A stretch of 64,000 bases of DNA from Asterias rubens (taxonomy: Eukaryota), in contig NC_047080.1 of NCBI RefSeq assembly GCF_902459465.1, positions 5,270,001 through 5,334,000 of the forward strand. Direction: 5' to 3'. This document shows, one piece after another, positions 34,301-46,300 of this stretch (positions are counted from its first letter, which is position 1; the number at the start of each line of letters is the position of its first letter). Under the pieces are notes generated by a model. It saw only the letters and a program-made list of their open reading frames with translations, searched no databases and was not told the origin of the DNA. A program made the position numbers and the translations under genes.

Positions 34301-37300
34301 TTAAAAGAAAACCCTCTCTCTAAAACCGCATTCGTTTGATGGGAATCAGTTCTCAAAATGTTATACATTGTCAACAGCTTCAGGGGCTCTTACCATGCAA
34401 GTTTCTATGGTCATTAGTTTGTGGAGTAATTACCAAAGGTGTACTCTCCATTCAAATAGATCATTTTTGGATTTTGTTCTTAAAAGTAATTGGTTATTTT
34501 TAGGGTAAAACCAAATTGAATATTCTATCCCCGCTGCAAATTTAACATCTATTAAATTGTTGCAGTACCCGCTGCTAAAACATAGGATATGAACTGCCTC
34601 CAGCTACCGGGCAAATCTCGATGGTCTAAAATAATGTTTGACACTGCTCTAGAATTGTAAAGATCGTGGGTTCGACGCCCACCTGAGTAATACGCCTGTG
34701 ATTTGTTTTCACAAAACTCAGGAAAGTACTGAGTATACAGTATTAACACATCAATGGTTATGGGTAAAAACAAATTGATATTTTAAGGAGTTCTTATTTT
34801 TACCTGAAATACCGTCATGAGGGCAATAGGGAAGATGTCAAAATTGCTGGCAGGCTTCGGGCTTTCATGATCGTAGTTGAAGCTTGGGGAAAATAAGACA
34901 AATTCAACGTGTCAATTGATCAATTATAACAACTGGTATCCTTGAGAATTCTGTCACTTTGCTTTCACATTTTTGCGAATTGATTGAATATTTTCAGTTG
35001 TTTACAGTACACCTTTGTTTGAAATGCCAAAGGGTATGGTTGGTTGGTTGATGATAAATTAGTCTGGTTCTATTGTATTGGCAACACACTCATAAACATA
35101 GTAATGAGATACATGGAACCAGACAAAATCATGCAAATGAGTATTGGTTGATTGATGACAAAAATAGTCTGGTTCTAATGCATTGGCCACGCATTCACAT
35201 ACATGTTGATGAGATACAAGGAACCAGACAAAAATATACAAATGAGTATTGGTTGATTGATGACAAAAATAGTCTGGTTCTAATGCATTGGCTACGCACT
35301 CACAAACATAGTAATGAGATACAAGGAACCAGACAGAATTATGCAAATGAGACAGAATACTCAGGATAACAGCTGTAGTTTGGTTGAATCATAAAAATAA
35401 TCATACAAATTTACATTATAAAAATTCTTACAGCTAAAATTGTTCTATACAATTCATACAAAATACTTTTTAACTCATAGGCTACCTTTAAAATGTAATA
35501 TATGTACTGAAACATAGTTAACACAATCAATGTAGCTTTGACATTTTGAAATAATGTTAAAATTTATTATTAACAGGTGTAAATGCCAATTAGCTGAATA
35601 TTAATGTCATGTTTATTTTACAATAATTGTTTTGTTTTAAAGATGTTAAAAATTTGCATCAAGGATAAAGAGTATAATTGTTTTGTTTCAATACATACTT
35701 GTTTTTTAGTTGATGGCATTTTAATGGTTTAAATTGTTGAAGTCAAATCAATGGACTGATTATCAAATATGTGGTGAATTAATGGATAGGATGTTAAAAT
35801 TATTCAGATCATGTGTAACGTAATCATCTAGGGTGATGCTAGTGGATTAGATGCGCAAAATGTGTACAAAAATGAACGAACACAATAAGAAATACCAATA
35901 AAGTACAATGTAGTTATTTTCAAATGGTATTTCATTATCAGAATTAAGACAAAAAAGAAAAAAAATATCCATGGTTTTCAACAATTTCTAGTTCACCCTA
36001 ATACAACAGTAAGTGCGTACCTGCTTAAAAACATCAAATTTTATGCTAATACTTTGAAAGCAGGTCATAAAAATGTATTGTATTTTTAAATAATCCAACA
36101 CATTCTTCCTACCTAATTATTGTGTGCGATGTGTATATAGCTTGGAATAACACCCCCATTACTAAAATGGAACACTCTTATCCACCAAACATAAATTTAT
36201 ACGACTTCAAGTTACATAAAAATTCGGAATATCCCTTAATGGCACATTCTCACATGGTTGTTTTCACAATAGTTTCTTTTGTTCGGAGACATAAGTGGTT
36301 GAATGAAAGCATATTCATATGCAAATTTTTCATAAATAATTCTGTTTTTTATTAAACTAGCATTCTTTGCAAATGTTAACATTTTATTACAGATAACGTT
36401 CTTGATGCTCATTCTGAAAGTACACAAAACATATCTTTGCATTTTATGTGAACAAAACTTCACACTTTTTGTTTAGCACTTTCCGTAAATATAAAGCCGT
36501 TTTTCATTTGTTACAATTGTCATTTTCCCCGACACTTGTCCAAATCTTCTTACACTTGTTACAGATAAATATATTTCTTGACACCTTATTAAATATGTAA
36601 ATTTTTGTCTTTGGTGAGTCTGAATCAATAAGAAGTTGTTAAGACGTCTCCGTCACCCGAGTGTAGGGTTTAGGTGTCATCGTGAGACATTCTCAAGGCA
36701 GCATCCTCCGTTGCCAAGGAGGAAGGGGGCGAGAGTGCATCTTACTAAAACGTGAGAAGGTGTCTTCGAGGTGATATCTTTAATCAAATCTCTTATAATC
36801 TTACAATAGAAGATGATCATGAAAAAATTATTTCTCTTTGTGTCCGACCGAGGAAGAGGTGGAGTCGCAAAGGAACTGATTTTTTGGGGGGCATCCTTCA
36901 GGCTCCAGCTGTTTCTTTTTCTTTACTTTATTTAAATTGCTCTTTGCTGTATTTTTCAATGTTTTTAACCTAATTAATGTGCATTATTGTATTTTGTCTT
37001 TTTATTCCTGAGAAATAAAATAAATATAAATATAAGTGTTACCACAAAATCACGATTTGTTGGGAGAGTTTTTTAAAATGGCTTCCAACCATCTATCTCA
37101 TAGGATCATTTAAATTTTGTTGAAGGAAACAACGTAAAAGGCAATTGTGAAAGACACGTACAGGAAATGTGGTCTGGCGACGCTGTCCTTGTGATGTGCA
37201 AGCCAGGATTTATTAGTGCTTTTTAATTTTGATTGTGGTTCAAGCTTAGAATGGGTACCAGTAGTCTGAGCGCTATAATAACTTGGTTGTATAAGATGGA

Positions 37301-40300
37301 CGATCGTATGGAAAATCCCATTACGGTGTGTTCAATACATAAGCCAGCCATTTCCGCCGTGCCTGATTACAAGTTCTATCTAACAATAGAGCCCATAAAT
37401 TATTTTCTGATGTCAGTTTGTGCTCCATTGAATTGGTTTTCTTTTTAAAATGAAAACAAGAGAATTATTTTCTTTGACTTTGAGTGCGTTGTAAAAGTGG
37501 AATGAATAACTAATTGCATGTTGTTGTATTTTTTTTTTTTCAAGAGCATCTTTGTTCAGAGGTAGAGTGGTTTTGGCTTTTGTTGAGCCATGAACAAGTA
37601 ATTCTTCTGTAATAAATTTTAATTATAAAATGATAATTAAATTGGTTATTGAGTTCAACTAAGCAATGCTGTTTTCAGATAAATGAATTTGTTTATGTTA
37701 ATGTGAATTAGAGTTTTGAATTTTGTGTTGAATTAAATCAATTTAAGACAGATTAAAACTGGTAAGTACGAGTATTATACATGTCATCAGGGATCACAGA
37801 TTCTAAATTAAATTTTCAAATGGCGAGTATTTTTTGCTGAAACTACATGATCTGAGGAAACATTATTTGTTGTACTAATTTTTCTTTTTCCTACCATTTC
37901 TTAGTATTTCCTTTAATTTGCTTAGGTTATTATTTGTATAAGCCTGGTTCTTGTGAGTCCTTTTAACCACAAATAAAATATCTACATAATTAGTAAATAT
38001 TAAATATACTTCTCTAAGCCTATTTCAATAAAAAATATAATGAATATTAACTTGAAGTTTTTCAACTTTCTACAGACGAGTAAAGATTTGATGAATTTGC
38101 AAAAAGTGGAAATGTATTAGGATAGTATTTTTTTTAAGCAAAGTGTACAAATGTAAAGATTCTTTGCATCGTGCGTATCGTGAATGAAACAACATGCCAT
38201 ACTCGAGTAAAATGTGAAATTTTGAAATCAGTATCGGCAATGAGATGAGATAATAATATAGAATTTCACAGTTGGTTGTTTTGTTTGGCAATGCACTGCA
38301 ACTTAAAACACTAGTGATACAAATAATACATCAATGCTTGGTGATGTCAAGAATTGAGTGCAGAAAATCGGCGGCAAATTTACCTTCCACCAAACAGCTG
38401 CATTCCAAGAAGAGCAAAGATGAGAATGAAGAGGAAGAGGAGGAACAGCAAACTGACAATGGAGCGCATACTACTCAGGAGGGATACCACCAGGTTTCTT
38501 AACGAGGACCAATATCTGGAGGGACGAAATCGGGTTGACGAGGGGGCGACGACGAGGTGGGGCAAGAGGGGCAAGAAATTGACACAGAAAGAGAGAATGA
38601 GGTAGGAAGAGGATTGGTGGAAGAGTTGAGAAAACATCAATTAGATGAGATGAGATTGGGTTTGAAGAAATGGAATGAAAGAAGTTTTAAGAGAACACAT
38701 CAATAAGACGAGATTGAAGACGATAAGGACATGAGATGGGAGGAATTTTAAGAATTGATGTAGAGGGTAGGAATTCAAGAAAGTAAAGAAGATTAAATAT
38801 CAGCGGAAGATTTTAAGAAAGGTGTAGAGAGTGGAAGGTTTGAGGGAGAAGAGAATAGGTAACAAGGTGGAGATGGGTTTGGATCAGTGGAGAAATGAAG
38901 GAAGAGTAGGCAAGGAGGAATGAATGATGTACACAGGACAATCGAGTAGGTACAAGATAATGATTTGAGGACGAGAGAAAAGAAAGGAGTGTGGAATGGG
39001 TGAGTTCAGGATACAAAGGGTGAGAAATGGGAGGGAAAAAAACAAAAAAACACAATTAACATTAGTGCTTTGTGCACCATGGTTTCTGTTGCCATGGTAT
39101 CGTAATTGATGCTGTTGTGGTTGACACTGTCTGACCATGAGGAAGCTGACACTCAGCAGACGAGGCACCTCAGGTGATGATGGTCACACTCTGCATCTTC
39201 AAGAAAATTAAACATGTCCTTGGAGGACGGAAGAAGAAGTCTGTGAATCGAGATGGGAGGTTTATCTTTATGTGAACATGCAAGCTGCAAATGTGTGTCA
39301 CAGTGTGACAGAGGATAAATATTGGGAAAAAGATACAAAACGTTAAGAAAAATAATTTTGAGTCGTGTAATGTCTTGAGAATTTTAGAAGGATTAAAAAT
39401 GATTGTGTTGAGATGAAAATGAACAGCTTTCTGAATAGAGAAAAATAAAGAAGAGATATTTTCAGTGAATTAGACTTCAAGGGAAGGTACAACAGTCCTG
39501 TCAACAAGGTTTTCATTACTTTTTTAATAGATTTTTGGAGATTAGAACAATTTAAATCAATTTCCCCTTGCAATCGTTTCTGCTACTTTCAAACATTTCA
39601 ATTTTTGTATGAGTTGTTTTTTTGTTTTACTTATTGTTAACTAAAGACTGTTGTACCTTCTCTTTTTCTAGAAACATGTTGCAATGCTGGACAGTCACTC
39701 AGCCACTGAAAATAAATAAAAAACACACAAGAATTTGGCAAAGTTGTGGAATCTCCAGAGCTTGGGAAACAAAATGTGAGATGAAAATGACATGAACATA
39801 TGAGAAAATCTGACGGTCCTAAACTGATTACCAGGAGGCTTACCTAACCTCCAAAGATCGAGTCTTATTTTCAACTGAGCTTCAAAGAACATATATCTTG
39901 TTGTCACCAATCACCTACAGTCCTAGACTATGAATCATATAGGGACAACCTATGGCCCTTTTTGAAACCATGGCCTCGGCTCCAGATTCGGCTCAGGCTA
40001 GCGGTTTGCTTTGACACTTGGGCATGCTTTGCGTACATGCTCTTGGGTCGATTTAACAAAGAGTTTGGACTAGCCCTAACTTAGGAGTAGTCCTTGGAGA
40101 TACTAAAAACATATGGCTTGTCCGAACTTAGGACGAGTAACTCATCCTAACTCGAGATAAGACTCGTCTTAACTCTTTGTGAAATCCACCCCAGGGCTTC
40201 TGAAGAGAAACGAAGCCTGAAGCCGAATCCAAAGCCAAAGCCATGGATTTGAAACGGACCTACATTATGTGGCTAGCCTTCGCGTTTTTCTACGGGTGTC

Positions 40301-43300
40301 TGCCATTCTGGCATACTTACGAACCCCCGAAGAGCTGCATGCCGAGTAAGGCAAAGATGACGATAAACAAGAAGAGCAAAAAGACAAGACTGACAATGGA
40401 GCGTATACTATGCATCAACGACATGATGAGGTAACGCAATGGAGACCAGTATCTGAGAATGAGGCAGCAGGAAGGAGATAAAAGAATAAACCAAGAGGGA
40501 GTTATGGAGCAACCTCTATCCCAAACTACAAGCTAGCGATGTGAATAATTAACCAGGGGAGGGATGCGGGGTTGGTGAAAGTTTGTTCCATGCTTTTGAC
40601 ATGAATGAAACTTGACTTTGCCAAAGGGGGTTGGTTTAGAATTGATATTGGGTGCATGATTTGAATCAGGGGATTTTGTTTTTAGCATACAATACTGTTT
40701 GGTATGTACAAGGTTTGAGACTTATCAAAACGTCCAACCCATAGGAAGTCATGCAAAATGAGATGTACAGTACGAGTCACATAGAGTTATATATAAGAAC
40801 TAGAGGGCGCACTGGTGATGCTTCTTGCACAAACGCGATGGGACCGCAAGGAGACTCGCATGCGCCATTCTGTACGCGCGTTGAATATGAAGTACACGTT
40901 GGAGTTTGTGTTTATTGAACGCTACGCGATGCTGTTTTGTCAAATTACAAAATGGGTGCACAAACGCACGCTGTGCGATGCCTGTTTTGTAAACTTAGAA
41001 AATGGCCGCCTACGCGCATGCCGAGTCGCGTAAATAGGCCAGTGCACCCTCTAGCTCTCATATATAACTCTATGATAAGTCATCAGTTGCAACTTGAACC
41101 AAAGTATTAGTAAAATAATCTATTTTTTTGTTGCAAATTGGCTTTTGATCACGAGCTTGAGAACCTAACACATATTACACATAATAGTATTTAGTTATAC
41201 CACTTAGCAAGACTGACATATCTGTAACAGCAGTTTGCAAAATAGATAAATTTCAAGATTTTCTCTAAATAATGAATTTGGTTCATTGTCCGACTGTATG
41301 ATGAATTGATCAGTTTGGATTTTGTGTAAAAAAACGGTTCAAATTCACCTAGAAAAAAAGGACTTTTTAAGCAATTTATTTGACTAAAATAATGTGATGG
41401 TGGGCGAGAGGTGGGGGGGGGGTGGTAGAACTAGCTCCTAAATGACATTAGCACACGTAGCTTCTACATTGTTTATATGAAAACTATTCTCCAACAAACG
41501 CCACCCTGGGGGGACATGTAAGCGATAAAAAAACAAACAGATTTTGTGTTAGTTTGAGGAAGAAATATTCTGCTAATGCAATGAATTATGAGTTGCTGTT
41601 TTGCAAAAAAAAAATTTCCCAAATGAGCGCGTGGGTGCTGAGATGATGAGTTACTGGAAAATAAACACAAATCTGAAGTTAGTACATTTTTAAAATAAAC
41701 ATTTCAATTAAAAGCACATGATAAGTAGCACTATCTGGGACTGTTGGATGATGTTGTCACGGACAATCGTAGATGCGGAGTCATGATCTCCAGGAATCAC
41801 TTCAGTAGAAAATTGTAATAAATACACAAATAATGAATAGTATTGTCCCAAATGTCAAAAGATTTACAAATTTCAAAGAATACTTTTTTCCACAATAGTT
41901 TGCCACAATCGATATACCTCCAATAGCTTTTACTGTCCACAACTTCTATGCTTCCTCATCGAGTAAGTTTGTATGGTTTTTGAGGAATGAACCAATCTCC
42001 TGAAAACAAACCCAGGGAAAAGGCCAGAAACCCATCAATCCCCAAACATCATATTTCCTCATGTAGAATTCTATAACCCTCTTTGTTGTTATAATAGAAA
42101 GACACTGAAAGTTACTAACCTTGTTACTTTGAATATTCTAAGAAGACGTAAAGCTCGGAGGACACTGAGACCAAAAGATCCACCTTGGAAATTGGTGTAG
42201 ACGACTTCAAACAAGCTGGCAAGAATAACCTGTAAGGTAAGATGGGTATTGTAAGATGTAGGTGTTTAGAGAGTAGACGATGGGAGGACGGAGTTAAAGA
42301 TTAGTTGAGGTTGGCCGTAGCACCATGTGAAAATCTTTTGAGAGGCTCTTTTGTTCTGAAAAGAAACAGTGGTTTACAACTCAATGTTTCGTTCAGTTTG
42401 CTCTGATGAGCATATTTAGGAGGATGCTAAAATCTTGATAATGTATTACAAGGTTAATTGGCTGATTGCTTGTTTGTTTGTTTGTTTAGATGATCTAGTT
42501 GTCAAGGGAACTCGGCAAACCCCCACAAGGGGATTAAAACGAACAGCCAATCTATCTCATACAAACATTTGGTTTAATGTCTTTGATTATAAATAGTACA
42601 AATCAAGAAATTGTGATTCAGTAACTAGACACGATACTTAGTTCGGTAGGATTCGAACCCAGTGGCATGCTGATGTGATTGATGTCATTTGAATACTCAC
42701 CAAGCAGTCAAACTTATTGAAGGCAGACTTGAAGTAGGTTTGAGGGCCAAGACCGTAAATCTTTATCGCCATCTCAGTGATGAAGATACCCAAGAAAACA
42801 TACTCCGCACGTGCTGTGAAAAAAAAATTAAAAATTGCTTAAGTTGCAGATTACACAGGACAGAACATCAATCTAATTGACCCATTGCATATGACTTCAC
42901 AGTCTTAAAAAGGAGACAGATCAATAGCTGTTCTCTGTGCGTAAAAACGTGCGCATGACCTCAGCGAACCTTTGCTTAGCATGAAATTTCTTCCTCGATA
43001 AAAACAGGATTACCAACAAAATTTACATTTGTTGACTATTGCTTGGTACTTGTATTCAGCTGTTGCTTGACTATCCTGAAAATCACGTGGAAATTTGGTT
43101 GAGAAATCCTGTTTTTATCGAGGCAAAATTTCATGCTAAACAAATTTTTCTGCTTAGCAGCTCTATGAAATTGAGCCCTGTTTGGAGGATCAAGCTAGCA
43201 GCTAGAATTTGTTCAGGGCAGACAATCTATATTAGCACCCAAGGTATTGGAAGTTGATGAACTTGTTTCCTGAGGTGAAGCTTAGGGAACTAAGTTTGTC

Positions 43301-46300
43301 AACTTCCAATACTTAAATGAACCATGTTCTATTTGTCTTACTATACCTCATACTGCTCTAATCAAATACCTTCTTTAAAAACTAGATTTATGTATGTCAC
43401 TGGTTTTCAAGGACTAATTTAGTTGTGTCTGTTTTTGTTTGATTTGTTTTTTTTTGGTGTACTGCGCCTTGGAACACCCAGCAGGGTGGATATCTGCGCA
43501 TTACAAGTCTTTTTGATTGTAAGTATTAGTTTGGCATTATTGAGCTTAAAAAAACATATATTGACATTTATGCATGTTGTCACCTTAAGCAACGGCCATG
43601 TTTGCGAAAGTGTAATACACCTATGTGACAGTTCTAAGAGTGCTTTTGTAAAGTGCAGGCATTGTAAACAACTGCACATGCGATAGTGTACTTATTCTGC
43701 GCATTTATCCAGTGTAACTGTTGCACACATGCAAAAGTATACTATGCGTGCGTATTTAACCATTGCATGAATTCTGGCATTTACACTTGTTTTAAAGCAT
43801 CACATGATGGTGAATAGACCAGTGAGAACTCGGCACTTGATCATGAAAATGTATAAGGTAAAGTAACAGTAGATAATGCTATTTAGCATTTAGTGTAAGC
43901 AGTTATAAACTTACTAAGAAAATCATCCAGCCAATCTGGTTGCTCGTAGTGCTCAATGGCCACGCAGACCGTGTTCAGAAACACCAGAATGATGACTAGC
44001 CAATAAAACGCCTGCGTTTTGACCATGTGACGTACGGTGAATCGTAATCTCTTCTCTCGTTGCCGTAGCCACAAACACCGCTTCCGTTTCTGCTTGGATT
44101 TCTCTGGTTTGTTAGATTTGTGGGAATCGGTTAGTTTGGCTTTATCTATGGGTTACATTAATGCGGTGGTTGATGAAGGGGTTAGATTGGTGGAAATCGT
44201 GGTAAGCATGGGAAAATGTTATTTGTGGTTTAAAAAGGTTAAGCACACAAGCGTGACCGGTTTGTTTAAGATTAGTAGGTCAAATCGGGAGAGAAAAAAA
44301 AGAAAAAAACTATATTACTAAACATAATCTAGGTAGATATGTATGATGTATTGATAACTACTTACTTACTTGAATTATTGGTTAGATTAGTACATATACA
44401 CAGTTAAAACACAACTTATGTTTTTGTATGACAACGCTCACACCAAGAAGGGTTACAGGGGAACAAACAAGTTTCCCTAATCGTGAAGGGTTACAGGGGA
44501 ATAAAACAGTTTCCCTAATCGTGGACACTTGCTTTACATTAGTTGAATTAGTTTCACAAAAAAAGGTTAATGGCCTGATGTTTGGATTCTAGCAGAGTAT
44601 TTCTCTAAATAAGTCTGTGGATGTTTGTGTTCTGTGTCTTTTTGTGTGTTTTTTGTACAAACAGTACCCAAACCCTTTAGAGATAAATTATCTGTTGTAT
44701 AATCCATGTGTTTGTTTCAATGTAGTGCACTGAACTAGACTCAGCAACTTAAAGGCAGTGGACACTATCGGTAATTACTCAAAATAATCATTTGCAGAAA
44801 ACCTTACTTGGTAATGAGTAATGGGGAGAGGTTGATAGTATAAAACATTGTGAGAAACGGCTCCCTCTGAAGTGACGTAGTTGTCGAGAAAGAAGTAATT
44901 TTCCACGAATTTTATTTCGAGACATCAAGTTTAGAATTTGAGGTCTCGAAATCAAGCATCTGAAAGCACACAAATTCGTGTGACAAGGGTTTTTTTTCTT
45001 TCATTATTATCTCGCAACTTGGATGACCAATTGAGCTCAAATTTTTACAGGATTGTTATTTTATGCATATGTTGAGATACACCAAGTGAGAAGACTTGTC
45101 TTTGACAATTACCAATAGTGTCTAGTGTCTTTAAAGTAAGGCAGTGGACACTATTAGTAAAAATAATTATTAGCATAAAACCTTTCTTGGTAACGAGTAT
45201 TGTGGGAGGTTTATAGTATAACATGGTCTCTGAAATGGCGTAGTTTTCAACAAAGAAGTAATTTTCCAGGAATTTGATTTCGAGACCTCACATTTAGAAT
45301 TTGAGGTCTCGAAATTTAAGCATCTGAAAGCACACAACTTCGTGTGACAAGGGTGTTTTTTTTCTTTCATTATTATCTCGCAACTTCGACAACCAATTGA
45401 ACTCAAATTTTCATAAGTTGGTTATTTTATGCATTTGTTGAGATACACCAAGTGAGAAGACTGGTCTTTGACAGTTTCCAATAGTGTACATTATCTTTAA
45501 GGTATAAATTATCTGTTGTATAATCCATATATGTTTGTCTCAATTTAGTGCAATGAACTAGACTCAGCAACTTAAATGTTTCAGCAACATTCATTTAAAA
45601 TTCATAGCCGTTATAGTTGAATGTTTCTTTGTGAGACCAGGGTTCAGCCATAGGCTAGTTACTTTAATGCTTGGTTGTTTTTTTTTTAACGCAGGCTTGT
45701 TTTTTATCTGTTAATGGCGACTTGGGTACGTGCGAGTAAGGTTCTGGCTAGCTGAACACAAAGGCTAATGTTAAGAATTCAAAATGACAATTAGGCGAGA
45801 ATTTTGTTTGGAATTACGACTCTCCTCTTGGAAAATTAGTTTATTTGGGTCAATAATGGATGGTGTGGGGGTTAGGATTAGGGGACTAAAGGAATGGGTG
45901 GGGGATAGAGTCTGGGGATTGTTGGGGGATGTTCAGTTGAATGAAGGGATGGATTGTGAGTGGGATGGGGGATAGGGTCTGCCTAGTGGGTTTGGTGGGG
46001 TTTTTAGGAGAAAGGGTCCAGGCATTGATGGGACGGATAATGGGTGGTGTGGGGGTTAGGATTAGGGGATTGAAGGGATGGTGGGGGTGTGGTCAGGAGA
46101 TTGAAAGGATGGGTGTTGAGTGGGGTGGGGGATAGGGTCATGGAAGGGACTGAGGAAAAGAGGCATTAGCGGAAGAGGGATCACACACTATAAAACTCTC
46201 ACTCGATTAATTGGTGTCAAATGGCTTGATTTGTTATAATGTTATTTCAGATGACTTTTAGCAGAAATGACAGCAAAAAGTGGTTAAATAACCCGATGTA

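Noticed and set aside
35400-38300. Possible nested gene or transposase in the AT-rich stretch of intron 14b-15
   Set aside because: Only short ORFs without recognisable motifs; I could not support a call without a database search.
39153-39290. MFNFLEDAE resembling the exon 15 start (possible partner exon for 14a)
   Set aside because: The acceptors present give the wrong phase or hit a stop. There is no NFD/TVFQ motif and no good donor. It may be regulatory sequence upstream of the distant branch point.
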